A model generated the notes under the pieces. It had not been told where the DNA came from. It worked only from the letters and a program-made list of their open reading frames with translations, and made no database searches. Positions 8,863 to 18,954 of a stretch of DNA of 64,000 bases are shown piece by piece. Source of the DNA: Smithellaceae bacterium (GTDB lineage Bacteria > Desulfobacterota > Syntrophia > Syntrophales > Smithellaceae); contig CAXXVL010000002.1 of the NCBI GenBank assembly GCA_963667845.2, forward strand, positions 1,280,001 to 1,344,000, written 5' to 3'. The position numbers and the translations under genes are program-made. Each line of letters starts with the position of its first letter. Positions within the stretch are counted from its first letter, which is position 1.

Positions 8863-10089
8863 ATGAGTGTTTTTGAATACGTGGCGTTGGATGAAAAAGG
8901 GCATGAGCGCAAGGGATTTGTCGATGCCCCGGGCGTGTCCGTCGCGCGTCAGCAGCTGCGTGAGGAAGGGATTTATCCGGTAGATATTTATCCGGCCCGG
9001 GAGAAAAAAAATTCGGCCTTTGCCGGCGCGCTGGAGATCAGTTTCTTTCAGAAGGTTACGGCAAAAGAGGTTTCGATTTTTACCCGCCAGCTCTCCACAT
9101 TGCTCGGTGCGGGCATCCCTCTGGTGCCGTCCTTTTCCGTGCTGCTCGCGCAGACGAAAAAGCCGATCCTGCAAAAAATCCTGGCACAAATCCGGGCCGA
9201 TCTCAATGAAGGAAAAAGCCTGACATCCGGTATGGAAAAATTTCCCCGCGTTTTCCCGCCTTTCTATATCAATATGGTCAAGGCCGGCGAGGCCTCGGGC
9301 ACGATCAACCTGGTCCTGGAGCGTCTCGCCGATTTCAGTGAAAACCAACAGGCGCTCTTGAGCAAAATCCGCTCGGCGCTGGCTTATCCGCTGATCATGC
9401 TGCTGGTCGGGTCGCTGGTTATTTTCCTGCTCATGACTTTTGTCGTCCCGCGGATTACGGAAATCTTCTCCGATATGAAACAGACGCTGCCGTTCATTAC
9501 CGTTATTCTGATAGCCGTCAGCCATTTTTTGAAATCATTCTGGTGGCTGATCGGCCTCGTCATTGCGGCCGCAGTTGTGGCGTTCAAATATCTGACGACG
9601 GGCACCGAGGCCGGCCGCCGCTTCTGGGATTCGATTCGCTTGAAGGCGCCCGTCTGGGGGCAGGTGAATCTCAAAATCGCCATCGCCCGGTTTGCCCGGA
9701 CACTGGCAACGCTCCTGCAGAGCGGCGTTCCGCTTCTGGCGGCGATGGAAATTGTCATGAACGTCGTCAATAATATTTATATCGGCGAGATGATCGCCCG
9801 GGCCGCCCGGGATGTGGAGGAAGGCCAGAGCCTGGCCGCGCCGCTGGCCGCGAACGGCCTTTTCCCGCCGATGGTGACGGAAATGATCGCCGTCGGAGAA
9901 CAGAGCGGGTCGCTGGAAAAAATGCTGAACCGCATTGCCGTATCCTACGAGACGGAGGTGCAATCGGATATCATGGTGATGACGTCCTTATTGGAACCGC
10001 TGATGATTCTGGTGATGGGACTGCTGGTCGGCTTCATTGTGTTTTCGATCTTGCTGCCTATATTTGAAATGAACCAGTTGGTCAAGTGA
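8863..10089 (+). CDS. gspF: Type II secretion inner-membrane platform protein F
   Basis: FTRQLSTLLGAGIPL, AGEASG, MIAVGEQSGSL and LLEPLMI motifs. Confidence 0.92.
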   Translation: MSVFEYVALDEKGHERKGFVDAPGVSVARQQLREEGIYPVDIYPAREKKNSAFAGALEISFFQKVTAKEVSIFTRQLSTLLGAGIPLVPSFSVLLAQTKKPILQKILAQIRADLNEGKSLTSGMEKFPRVFPPFYINMVKAGEASGTINLVLERLADFSENQQALLSKIRSALAYPLIMLLVGSLVIFLLMTFVVPRITEIFSDMKQTLPFITVILIAVSHFLKSFWWLIGLVIAAAVVAFKYLTTGTEAGRRFWDSIRLKAPVWGQVNLKIAIARFARTLATLLQSGVPLLAAMEIVMNVVNNIYIGEMIARAARDVEEGQSLAAPLAANGLFPPMVTEMIAVGEQSGSLEKMLNRIAVSYETEVQSDIMVMTSLLEPLMILVMGLLVGFIVFSILLPIFEMNQLVK

Positions 10090-10211
10090 CGGCTTCATAA
10101 AAGCGCCATATGCGGCGTTGCGCTGCACCCTTCGTCACTGCGGCCAACAAAAGTAGGCCTCATTCCTCAGGGCTTGCGCGCCTTGCCTCTGGCATTTTTA
10201 TAAAGCCGTCA
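10087..10211 (+). repeat. ~125-nt palindromic intergenic element (MITE/REP-like)
   Basis: Ends TGACGGCTTCATAAAA / TTTTATAAAGCCGTCA pair at 15 of 16 positions; internal segments are shared with 25760-25882. Confidence 0.75.
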
Positions 10212-10233
10212 AAATTAAGTACTAAGAGAGGTT

Positions 10234-10689
10234 GTGATGAAAACGGATAAACAACAAAAAAGTCGTGAAGCCGGTTTTACATTGATTGAACTGATGGTGG
10301 TGATCGTCATTCTGGGGCTGCTCGCCGGTCTTATTCTGCCGCGGTTTATCGGCCAGTCGGACACGGCCAAGCGACAGGCAGCCAAGACCCAGATGGCGCT
10401 TCTGGAGAGCGCACTCAAGATGTACAAGCTCGACAATGGCAGTTACCCGACAACAGAACAGGGACTGAAAGCGCTCGTCGAACCGCCCACCTCGGGCAAC
10501 CTGCCCAAAAACTGGCGCAAGGGCGGCTACCTGGAAAAAGGAAAAGTGCCCAAGGATCCCTGGAAGAATGAATTTATTTATGTCAGTCCCGGCAGCCACG
10601 GCGATTTCGATATCACATCTCTGGGGGCTGACGGGGAACCCGGTGGTGAGGACTTTGATAAAGACATTAACAGCTGGGACGCCGACTAA
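10234..10689 (+). CDS. gspG: T2SS major pseudopilin G
   Basis: GFTLIELMVV N-methylation motif; YPTTEQGLKAL and PKDPW..SLGADG. Confidence 0.95.
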   Translation: MMKTDKQQKSREAGFTLIELMVVIVILGLLAGLILPRFIGQSDTAKRQAAKTQMALLESALKMYKLDNGSYPTTEQGLKALVEPPTSGNLPKNWRKGGYLEKGKVPKDPWKNEFIYVSPGSHGDFDITSLGADGEPGGEDFDKDINSWDAD

Positions 10690-10716
10690 ACGGGGATTTC
10701 CCGGGAATCAAGAGAA

Positions 10717-11295
10717 ATGATGCCGAAAGCAGCATATGGCCTTCGCGTGCCCTCGTCCGTCAAGGCATTTACAGAGAATTCCGGGTTCACGCTCGTCGAG
10801 CTGCTGATCGTCATCGCGCTCATCGGCGTGGTGCTGGCGCTGGCTGTGCCGTCGACGCGCGATGCCCTCACCGTCAACTCGCTCAAAAAAGCGTCGCGGC
10901 AGCTCATCGGCCTTACGCGCCAGCTGCGCACGGACGCGGTGCGCGATCAAAGCGATTACATCCTGGTCGTCAAGATTCCCGATGCCAGCTACTATGTCAT
11001 CACGCCGGATATGACGCCCGAAAAACTGCTGGAGATTGAAAAGCAGGCCAAGCAACTTTCCGGCGGGGTTTCCATTCTGGATATCGTCCGGGAGAAAAAT
11101 GAAAAAATTACCGAAGGCAAAGTCAACATCAAATTCGGGAAAAACAATATCGGTCCGCCGCTGGTCATCCATCTGGCCGAAGACGAGGACCGCATGACGC
11201 TGGTGATCAATCCGTTCCTGGGCGTGACCGCCGTCTATGAGAGTTACAGGGATATTTCCGTCGACGACGGTCTGGGCAGCGACACGGCGAGATAA
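10717..11295 (+). CDS. gspH: T2SS minor pseudopilin H-like
   Basis: GFTLVELLIV prepilin motif; lies directly after gspG. Confidence 0.75.
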   Translation: MMPKAAYGLRVPSSVKAFTENSGFTLVELLIVIALIGVVLALAVPSTRDALTVNSLKKASRQLIGLTRQLRTDAVRDQSDYILVVKIPDASYYVITPDMTPEKLLEIEKQAKQLSGGVSILDIVREKNEKITEGKVNIKFGKNNIGPPLVIHLAEDEDRMTLVINPFLGVTAVYESYRDISVDDGLGSDTAR

Positions 11296-11306
11296 AAGGA
11301 AAGGGC

Positions 11307-11675
11307 ATGCGCGTTAAAGACGCCGGTTTTACACTTCTGGAAGTCATGGTGGCCATGTCCATTCTGGCGATTGCGCTGGTGGCGGTTTTTCAGCTGCAGT
11401 CGCAGAGCATTTCCATGTCCACCTCTGCACGGTTTATGACCACGGCTTCGTTTTTGGCTCAGAGCAAAATGGCCGATGTCGAAGCGGACGCGGCGCTCGC
11501 CAACAAGAGCCAGAAGGGCGATTTTGCGCCCGACTTTCCGGAATACAAATGGACGGTTCAGGTAACGGATACCAAGATTCCCAAGCTCAAACGGATTGAG
11601 GTCAACGTCCTGCACAGCGCCCTGGCCGAGGGCAATGCATATCAGCTCGTTTTCTATAAGACGGGTGGGATGTGA
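11307..11675 (+). CDS. gspI: T2SS minor pseudopilin I
   Basis: GFTLLEVMVAM motif; size and position fit. Confidence 0.8.
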   Translation: MRVKDAGFTLLEVMVAMSILAIALVAVFQLQSQSISMSTSARFMTTASFLAQSKMADVEADAALANKSQKGDFAPDFPEYKWTVQVTDTKIPKLKRIEVNVLHSALAEGNAYQLVFYKTGGM

Positions 11676-12343
11676 CCATGAAGAGCCAACCGTCTATTCC
11701 ATCACGCCCGTCGCGCGGGTTTACCCTGATTGAGATTTTAATCGCTATTTTCATTCTGGGTGTCGTGCTCACGACGATCTATGCGGCCTACACCGGGACG
11801 ATGACGGTCATCAAACAACTGAACAGCGAATCCCGCGTGTATCAAATGGCCCGCATCACACTGGATCGGATGAGCAGGGATTTATCTTCGCTCCAGCGCG
11901 CAGGCGATGTCTTCGTGCTGCAATCCCAAAAAACGGCAGTCGGCCGAAGCGAGTTCGGATCGCTTCTCACGTGGTCGTCGTCCCATCTGGTTTTTGAGGA
12001 AGACGAGGTTCCCGGAGCTCCCGCGACGATTTTCTATTTTGTCAAGGAGGACAAAGACGGGGGATTTTCACTCTGGAGGTCCGATGTCGCGGATTCCAAG
12101 CCGAACACGGATACCCGATCAGCCGGCGGCGTGATCATTTGCGAGAATCTGCAGGCGCTGAATCTGAAGTTTTACGATGAAGGCGGCGCCGAACATGATA
12201 CGTGGGATACGGCGTCTTCCGCAGAGGGCCAGAAGGGGAAGCCTCCGGTACTGGTTCAAATCGAATTGGTGCTGGCCAACGCAGAGGATGCCGAAAAGCC
12301 GTATAAATTTAAGACCAGGGTTTTCCTGCCGGTGAGAAAATGA
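11672..12343 (+). CDS. gspJ: T2SS minor pseudopilin J
   Basis: GFTLIEILIA motif; RMSRDL segment; position. Confidence 0.8.
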   Translation: MTMKSQPSIPSRPSRGFTLIEILIAIFILGVVLTTIYAAYTGTMTVIKQLNSESRVYQMARITLDRMSRDLSSLQRAGDVFVLQSQKTAVGRSEFGSLLTWSSSHLVFEEDEVPGAPATIFYFVKEDKDGGFSLWRSDVADSKPNTDTRSAGGVIICENLQALNLKFYDEGGAEHDTWDTASSAEGQKGKPPVLVQIELVLANAEDAEKPYKFKTRVFLPVRK

Positions 12344-13314
12344 AGCGGACGAAAGAAATCTTGCAGAGCCAGTCCGGGATCGCGCTGGTCACGGTTATTC
12401 TGATTATCAGCATTCTGGTGGCGGCCGCGCTCGAACTGAACCGGTCGACGCGCGCCGATGTGTATGACGCGGCTAATCTCAGCGATGGCCTCAAGCTCAC
12501 CTATGTGGCCAAATCAGGCTTTTACGGGGCGGCGGCTCTGCTTGTCAATTCCAATAATCCGTATGATACTCTGCGCGATGACTGGGCCAACACAGAGGCG
12601 CTCTCCGTCCAGTCCCAAACCTTATTCACCAACGGTTATTTTATGGTCAAAATCGAAGATGAAAAAGGGAAAATTCCGCTCAATAAACTGGTGACCGGCA
12701 GCACTGTCAACGCCGATATCAAAGACATGCTGCTCAGACTCCTTCGCGCGCCGGAATTTGATCTGGGCGATCGCAAGGCGGCGGAGATTGTGGACGCCAT
12801 CATCGATTGGATAGATGCCGATAACAGCGTGACGGGTATGGGTGCGGAAAGTTCTTATTATGCATCTCTTCCCAGGCCATACGCCGCGAAAAACGCGCCG
12901 CTTGATTGCATTGAGGAAATGCTTATGATAAAAGGCATTACAAATGAACTTTTTGCCGGGACAAAGGATAAACCTGCGCTTCGGCAACTGGTGACGATTT
13001 ACGGCACGGGAGCCATCAACATCAACACGGCGCCGAAAATGGTTTTAAGATCCCTTTCACCGGATATCACAGTTGAAATGGCCAATAAAATGGATGAATA
13101 CCGGAGAAGCAAAAGCAGCGATCTGTCGTCCGCAGACTGGTATCATCGGGTTCCCGGCGTCGGAAATGTGACGATAAAGGCGGGGCTGATTGACGTGGCC
13201 AAAGGCAACTATTTTAAGATTTACTCGAATGGCGTGGCTGATAAGATGCAGCAGAGTGTTTCCGGCGTGATCCAGCGGACGCCTTTCCAGCTGGTAAGTT
13301 GGAGGCCCGATTAA
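12340..13314 (+). CDS. gspK: T2SS pseudopilin K
   Basis: GIALVTVI (no E5), IEDEKGKIPLN, IIDWIDAD and ININTA motifs. Confidence 0.9.
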   Translation: MKRTKEILQSQSGIALVTVILIISILVAAALELNRSTRADVYDAANLSDGLKLTYVAKSGFYGAAALLVNSNNPYDTLRDDWANTEALSVQSQTLFTNGYFMVKIEDEKGKIPLNKLVTGSTVNADIKDMLLRLLRAPEFDLGDRKAAEIVDAIIDWIDADNSVTGMGAESSYYASLPRPYAAKNAPLDCIEEMLMIKGITNELFAGTKDKPALRQLVTIYGTGAININTAPKMVLRSLSPDITVEMANKMDEYRRSKSSDLSSADWYHRVPGVGNVTIKAGLIDVAKGNYFKIYSNGVADKMQQSVSGVIQRTPFQLVSWRPD

Positions 13315-14843
13315 TGCCCGAGACGATTTGCTCTCTGGATATCGGGACGAGCAGCGTGAAAGCGCTTCTGACGGTCTCCCGCGGCCGGATGGATGCACGC
13401 ATTCTTGCTTTTGAGACCGTGCGGTTCGACGACGGCATCACGTTGGATGCGGCGCTCACAAAGATCGCCGAGACGATCCGGCCTCTGGCTCCATCCAGGA
13501 TTCGCTGCGCGGTTTCGCTGCCTCCTTCCGATGTGATGTTCCGGCAAATTCATCTGCCCTTTCGTGACGAAAATAAAATCAGGAAGACCCTGTGCTTTGA
13601 ACTGGAACCACTGCTCGCGCTGCCCATCGAGGAAGTCGCTGCCGACTTCGTGCATCTTCCGGGAGACGGACTGCTTGCAGCCGCAATCGGCAAGGCAAGA
13701 ATCCGGGAAGTCATCGCGGCGGTGGAAGCACATCTGGGTTACGTATCAGCAATCGATATCGCCGCGGCGTCACTCGTTTTGCCGCTTCTGGAACAAAAAC
13801 CGGTAACCGGTGCGGGGATTGTGCTGGATATCGGCGCCTCCTCCACGGTTGCGTCCTTCTATGAAAAGAACGCGCTCGTTCAGATACGGTCTTTCGCTTT
13901 TGGAGGCGAAACCGTCACCAGGGCGCTGGCTGCGGATTTATCCTGCGACCTCCGGGAGGCGGAGCAAATTAAGATCAACGTGGCTTACGGCGCAAACATC
14001 GGCGGAGCCCTGGCGGCGTGCAGCAGCTTCTGCTCCGAGCTTGCCAATACGGTCGAATTCCTGCGGCTAAATGATGCCCTGCAAAGCGCGCCCGAGCAGA
14101 TCATGACCACCGGGGGCGGCTCAATGTTCTCGCCGCTCACCTTAGAACTTGGAAAAAGGCTGGGCATCCCTGTGGAGGCTTTCGACTATCGCCGGTTCGG
14201 AAATGTGGAAATCGACGAAAAGATAAAAAGAGACGGTCTGCTTCCCGCGATGGCGGCGGCACTCGCAACGGCGAAAAGGAGCTACGCGTCGCACAAATCC
14301 TTCAATTTCCGGCAGGGGGAATTTGCGGCAAAAAGTGTCCGCGGCGATTTTGGTAAGCAATTGCGCTTCGGGGCAATCATCACCGGCATTATTTTACTTT
14401 TGGCGGCAGTCGATCTGTTGCTCGATTACCAGGTACAGGCGAAACAGGCGGCCGCTCTGAAAAGTCAGATCCGACTCATCTTTAATAAATATTATCCGCC
14501 CCCGGCTGTCATGGTTGACCCGGTGAGCCAGTTAAAGGCGAAACTCATCGAAGACCGTAAAGCCTATGGGATTGACGCCGGAGGGTCGCAAGTGACGGTG
14601 CTGGAGTTGTTAAAGGATATGTCCGGTTTCATCCCGCCCGCGCTGGACGTCATCATTACCCACCTGCATTATGAAAATAATGTTGTCCTGCTCAAAGGCG
14701 AAGCAAAAAAGATTGACGACGTGACGGCGGTAAAGAACGAACTCCTTAAATCGAGATACTTCAAAAATGTTGCGATCAGCCAAACCAGTCTTGCCCGGGA
14801 AGGCGTCAAATTGAATTTTGACTTGAGGATTGAACTGAAATGA
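13314..14843 (+). CDS. gspL: T2SS protein L with a PilM-like actin-fold cytoplasmic domain, one TM and a PilN-like periplasmic part
   Basis: LDIGTSSVKA, LDIGASST and TGGGS motifs; single TM; lies between K and M. Confidence 0.8.
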   Translation: MPETICSLDIGTSSVKALLTVSRGRMDARILAFETVRFDDGITLDAALTKIAETIRPLAPSRIRCAVSLPPSDVMFRQIHLPFRDENKIRKTLCFELEPLLALPIEEVAADFVHLPGDGLLAAAIGKARIREVIAAVEAHLGYVSAIDIAAASLVLPLLEQKPVTGAGIVLDIGASSTVASFYEKNALVQIRSFAFGGETVTRALAADLSCDLREAEQIKINVAYGANIGGALAACSSFCSELANTVEFLRLNDALQSAPEQIMTTGGGSMFSPLTLELGKRLGIPVEAFDYRRFGNVEIDEKIKRDGLLPAMAAALATAKRSYASHKSFNFRQGEFAAKSVRGDFGKQLRFGAIITGIILLLAAVDLLLDYQVQAKQAAALKSQIRLIFNKYYPPPAVMVDPVSQLKAKLIEDRKAYGIDAGGSQVTVLELLKDMSGFIPPALDVIITHLHYENNVVLLKGEAKKIDDVTAVKNELLKSRYFKNVAISQTSLAREGVKLNFDLRIELK

Positions 14844-15400
14844 TCAAGGCCTACTTTGCAAACCTGGATAACCGGCAGCGCTACCTGGTCATTTTTTGCG
14901 CAGCCGCTATAGTCGTTGCGCTGGTGCTGGCGTTTGTGGTTTTCCCGATGTGGGATGCCCGGGCCAAGATGAAGAAAACTGCATCGTCGGGTCAGAAGAA
15001 GCTTGAGGAACTGGTTAAAATCGACGCCGATTTGACCGCCCAGGAGGCTCAAATATTCCGGATTAAGCAGACGCTTGCTTCACGCCGCGCCGACTTTACG
15101 CTGTTTTCTTACCTGGAAAAAAAAGCGGTCGTCGCCAATGTCCGGGGCCGCATCAAGCAGATGAATTCCGTGCCCGGTGTAAAGTCGCCGTCGTTTGAGG
15201 AAACGCTCATTGATCTGAGTATGGAAAAAATAACGATCAAGCAACTGACGGACTTTTTGTATCAGATCGAGTCGCCCGCCGAGATGATCAGGATCAAAAG
15301 GATCAGCATTGACAAGATGAAGGAAAGCCCGGACTACATAAGCGTACAACTATTGATTGCGTCTTATACGCCGGCCTCCGGGCATCCGGGAGGGCCGTAA
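14840..15400 (+). CDS. gspM: T2SS protein M
   Basis: N-terminal TM, coiled coil, QLTDFLYQIE; position. Confidence 0.75.
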   Translation: MIKAYFANLDNRQRYLVIFCAAAIVVALVLAFVVFPMWDARAKMKKTASSGQKKLEELVKIDADLTAQEAQIFRIKQTLASRRADFTLFSYLEKKAVVANVRGRIKQMNSVPGVKSPSFEETLIDLSMEKITIKQLTDFLYQIESPAEMIRIKRISIDKMKESPDYISVQLLIASYTPASGHPGGP

Positions 15401-15404
15401 CGCG

Positions 15405-16232
15405 ATGCGCTTTCTGAAAAATAAAGTTCTCTGGCTGATAATTTACGCGATAGTCATCACGGGCGTCTTTTTATATCTTCTTTTTCCCTCGGCACTCGTC
15501 CTCACGCAGATGGAAGGCGCAGCCGGGTCCGCAGGTTATCTTCTGAAGGCCGGATCTTTGCATCCTTCTTTGCCTCTGGGGATCAAATTCAAGGATTTGA
15601 CGGTCCGCATGTCGGACCTGCCGGGCGATGTTTTTTTTCAGGGAGAATTACTGGATCTGCAGATTAATCCGGTCACGATTTTCGGTAAGCTAAAGACGAT
15701 CCGTTTTAAGGGCCGGTCCTACAGCGGCAGCTTTGACGGCAGCGCCGGCTTCTTGTCGCTTTCGCCCGCGACCCCGCCCGCGGAAGGGAAAATAAACTTT
15801 CGCAATATCGATCTGGCCCGGTACAATCCGCCCGGCTTGCCCTTTCTGAAAGGCATGACCGGCCTTGCCCGGGGATCGGCCTTTTATGCGCAGGTCGACC
15901 CGGTAAGCCGGTATCCTCTGGGGAAACTATCGCTTTACATGAGCCGGGGTTCGTTTCCGCTTCGGGAACCCTTTCTGGGAGTCTCGAGGATTGAATTCGA
16001 CCGCGGCGAAATTCAGGCGCAATTGAAAAACGGCGCTGTGCTGCTGGAGAAGCTTGAAATCTTCGGCTCGCAGATGAACTGTCTTTTAAACGGCAGCATC
16101 ACGCTTGCGGATCGGCCCGACGAGAGCCGGCTCAATCTGAAGGGTGTTCTGGAGATCGCCGGCAAAAATAAAATTAAGATGAATGTGACGGTGGGCGGAA
16201 CATTGGCCAATCCGTCCGTCCGCTACATATAA
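15405..16232 (+). CDS. gspN: T2SS protein N
   Basis: N-terminal anchor FLYLLFP, beta-rich body, C-terminal GTLANP. Confidence 0.75.
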   Translation: MRFLKNKVLWLIIYAIVITGVFLYLLFPSALVLTQMEGAAGSAGYLLKAGSLHPSLPLGIKFKDLTVRMSDLPGDVFFQGELLDLQINPVTIFGKLKTIRFKGRSYSGSFDGSAGFLSLSPATPPAEGKINFRNIDLARYNPPGLPFLKGMTGLARGSAFYAQVDPVSRYPLGKLSLYMSRGSFPLREPFLGVSRIEFDRGEIQAQLKNGAVLLEKLEIFGSQMNCLLNGSITLADRPDESRLNLKGVLEIAGKNKIKMNVTVGGTLANPSVRYI

Positions 16233-16254
16233 GACGAGATAGGGCTGTGGGGCA

Positions 16255-17175
16255 ATGCACGTGAAGGATGTGCCGGTGAAAATCACACAATGGATTAGGG
16301 CAAAGATTGACGGGATTCCCGGCGCGCCGGCCGACATGTCGGCGCTTGCCAATATGGCCGGGCCGGTGCTGATTGTCCTCGCCGTCACGATTTTGTCATT
16401 TCTTTGCGTGGATATCCTGTATAAGGCGGTCAGTCTGCAGGCAGGCTTCGGCCCGGCGGCCAGGACAAATCAATCGGGAAAGGCCGCACAGCCGGGGTTG
16501 CAAGCTCAGCCCGCCGAAAGGTATAATATCATTGCCGAGCGCAATTTGTTTCTGACCACGCTCCAGGCGATTGTTGATAAAAATACGGCCGGCGGCCTTC
16601 TGCCCAGCGAGGAATATACAGCCTTCGATTTGAAGGGAACGATCGCCATTGATCCAAACCTGGGGTATGCCATCGTGGAAGAAAAAGGCAAAGGCAAGCA
16701 GAAGCTTTACAGGCTGGGCGATATGATCGGGTCGGCCAAACTGGTGCGTATTACGCGCAATACGGCTGTGTTAAAAGGTGCCGAAAAAGAATTTGTAATG
16801 AAGATCAAGGAGGTTGCCGAGGGTTCCGGTCCGGGACGTTTCGGCCAGGGGTCGGGAAGCGGGATTGCCGTCAGCAGGCAGGAGGTGACCCAAAGCCTCG
16901 GCGACTTAAAATCCATTATGAGCCAGGCGGTTGTCCGGCCTTTTTTTGCCGGCGGTGTCCAGCAGGGGTTTGTGGTGTCCAATATCGTACCCGGCAGTCT
17001 CTACCAGAAGCTGGGTCTGCAAAACGGCGACGTTGTCGTGGATGTCAACAGCAAAAAACTGGAAAGCGCCGACGATATTTTGCAGCTGGTGAATGTGATG
17101 CAGACGGGCGGAAGCGTGACCGTCAATCTGCTGCGTAACGGACAGAATGAAACCATTAATTATTCTTTTCACTGA
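16255..17175 (+). CDS. gspC: T2SS protein C with a PDZ domain
   Basis: IAERNLF, LKGTI HR domain, and PDZ motif PGSLYQKLGLQNGDVVVDVN. Confidence 0.85.
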   Translation: MHVKDVPVKITQWIRAKIDGIPGAPADMSALANMAGPVLIVLAVTILSFLCVDILYKAVSLQAGFGPAARTNQSGKAAQPGLQAQPAERYNIIAERNLFLTTLQAIVDKNTAGGLLPSEEYTAFDLKGTIAIDPNLGYAIVEEKGKGKQKLYRLGDMIGSAKLVRITRNTAVLKGAEKEFVMKIKEVAEGSGPGRFGQGSGSGIAVSRQEVTQSLGDLKSIMSQAVVRPFFAGGVQQGFVVSNIVPGSLYQKLGLQNGDVVVDVNSKKLESADDILQLVNVMQTGGSVTVNLLRNGQNETINYSFH

Positions 17176-17199
17176 AAGATCGGCGGGAGTTGACTGGCC

Positions 17200-18102
17200 A
17201 TGTATGCCGCGTATTTTGGCTTAAAAGAGAATCCGTTCAAGCTGACGCCGGAGCCGGGCTATCTGTTTTTGAGCGAACAGCACCGCGACGCGCTTAATTA
17301 CCTGATCTACGGTATTAAGGAAAAAAAGGGATTCGTCCTGATTTCCGGCGGTATCGGCACGGGTAAAACCACCCTTTGCCGCACGTTGCTTAATCTGCTG
17401 GATTCCCAGGTGGAGACGGCCCTGATTTTCAATACCGCGATTTCCGATATGGAGCTTCTGGAGACTGTGGTCACGGAATTCGGCATTGACGTGCCACGTG
17501 AAGCCGGAACGAAGAAAGCTTATGTGGATGCACTCAATGCGTTTCTGCTGGCGAATTTTGCCGCAGGTAAAAACGCGGTGCTGCTCGTCGACGAAGCCCA
17601 GAATCTTTCCCACGGCGTCCTCGAGCAAATCCGCATGCTTTCCAACCTGGAAACGGAAAAAGAAAAGCTCCTGCAGATCATTTTAGTCGGACAGCCCGAG
17701 CTTAAAGCCGCGTTGACGCTTCCGGCGCTTCGGCAGTTAAATGAGAGAATTACGGTGCGTTACGATTTGAAGCCTTTATCCCAGGGCGAGGTTGTGACGT
17801 ATATCAATCATCGTCTGAGTGTCGCCGGGGGGCCCGGAACGCTTCAATTTGCGGCAGGCGCCTATCGGCAGGTTTTTTATTTTTCCGAGGGGATACCGCG
17901 CCGGATCAACGCGCTGTGCGACCGGGCGCTTTTGATTGCGTATACAAAAAATACCAGCCGGATTAACCGTAAGATGATCCGGCTGGCGGCCCGGGATATC
18001 GGCGGTGAATATTTCCAAAAGACTGTGAGCGGCGGCCGGAAGCTGTGGATGCGTCTGACAACGTGGAACGATAAAATATTCTTAAACGGCGGAGAAAGAT
18101 GA
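17200..18102 (+). CDS. ExeA/MshM-type AAA ATPase (short form)
   Basis: MYAAYFGLKENPF, GGIGTGKTT, VDEAQNL, LVGQPEL and GIPRRIN motifs. Confidence 0.88.
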   Translation: MYAAYFGLKENPFKLTPEPGYLFLSEQHRDALNYLIYGIKEKKGFVLISGGIGTGKTTLCRTLLNLLDSQVETALIFNTAISDMELLETVVTEFGIDVPREAGTKKAYVDALNAFLLANFAAGKNAVLLVDEAQNLSHGVLEQIRMLSNLETEKEKLLQIILVGQPELKAALTLPALRQLNERITVRYDLKPLSQGEVVTYINHRLSVAGGPGTLQFAAGAYRQVFYFSEGIPRRINALCDRALLIAYTKNTSRINRKMIRLAARDIGGEYFQKTVSGGRKLWMRLTTWNDKIFLNGGER

Positions 18103-18953
18103 GCTACATAAACGACGCTTTGCACAAAGTCCAGAAAGAAAAAGAGTCGCCTTATGCGTCCTATGGACACGTTCTTGCGGCGCAAAGTGCAAAGACCGGC
18201 ACGGGAAGAAAACGGGTTTTGATATCAGGTTTCGCGGCCGTCTTATTCCTGGCTGCGGGCCTGGCGGTGTGGCAAAACCTGCCGGACATCCCCGAGACGC
18301 CCCGGGCTCGGCCGCCTGTTCAACATCCGGACGGCGCGGTGGCTGAACCCCTGGCCGGTATACTCGCGGCTGCGATTCCGAAAACACTGACGGAGTCTGC
18401 GGAACCCTCACAGACCACAGAGCCTCGCCCCCTGAATAGCGAAATGACGTCTGCTTTGAGTAAAGTGCCGGTGCCCCAGATCAAGGAAAAAAGCCGGACC
18501 GCGGCAATTCCCGAACCCCGGCCGCATCGGGAAGCCCTGCCGGGGCAGGTACCCGCCGATGCGGGCAAACTTTACGCACAGGCGCTGCAGGCGCAGCGCG
18601 AAGGTCGTCTGGAAGAAGCCGAGGAACTCTATAAGAAGGTTATTCAAAAGGAGCCGCGCCACCTCCAGGCACTCAATAATCTGGGCGTGGTTTATCTGAA
18701 GATGAAAAGATATAAATGGGCGATTATCCGGTTTAATGACGCTCTGACCGTCAAACGCGACTATGCCGATGCGCATTATAATCTGGCTTGTCTTTATGCC
18801 CAAAAAAATGATACGAAACAAAGTATATTTTATTTGAAGAACGCGGTTGATTCCAATCCGGAGGTCCGGCAATGGGCGAGTCAGGACGAGGATTTAAAAA
18901 ATCTGGCCGGTCTCCCCGAGTTTGGCAATATTATAAAGGGACGGGATCAATGA
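18099..18953 (+). CDS. GspB/MshN-like membrane-anchored TPR protein
   Basis: MSYINDALHK N-terminal motif, TM, Pro-rich linker, TPRs (ALNNLGVVY, AHYNLACLYA). Confidence 0.75.
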   Translation: MSYINDALHKVQKEKESPYASYGHVLAAQSAKTGTGRKRVLISGFAAVLFLAAGLAVWQNLPDIPETPRARPPVQHPDGAVAEPLAGILAAAIPKTLTESAEPSQTTEPRPLNSEMTSALSKVPVPQIKEKSRTAAIPEPRPHREALPGQVPADAGKLYAQALQAQREGRLEEAEELYKKVIQKEPRHLQALNNLGVVYLKMKRYKWAIIRFNDALTVKRDYADAHYNLACLYAQKNDTKQSIFYLKNAVDSNPEVRQWASQDEDLKNLAGLPEFGNIIKGRDQ

Positions 18954-18954
18954 G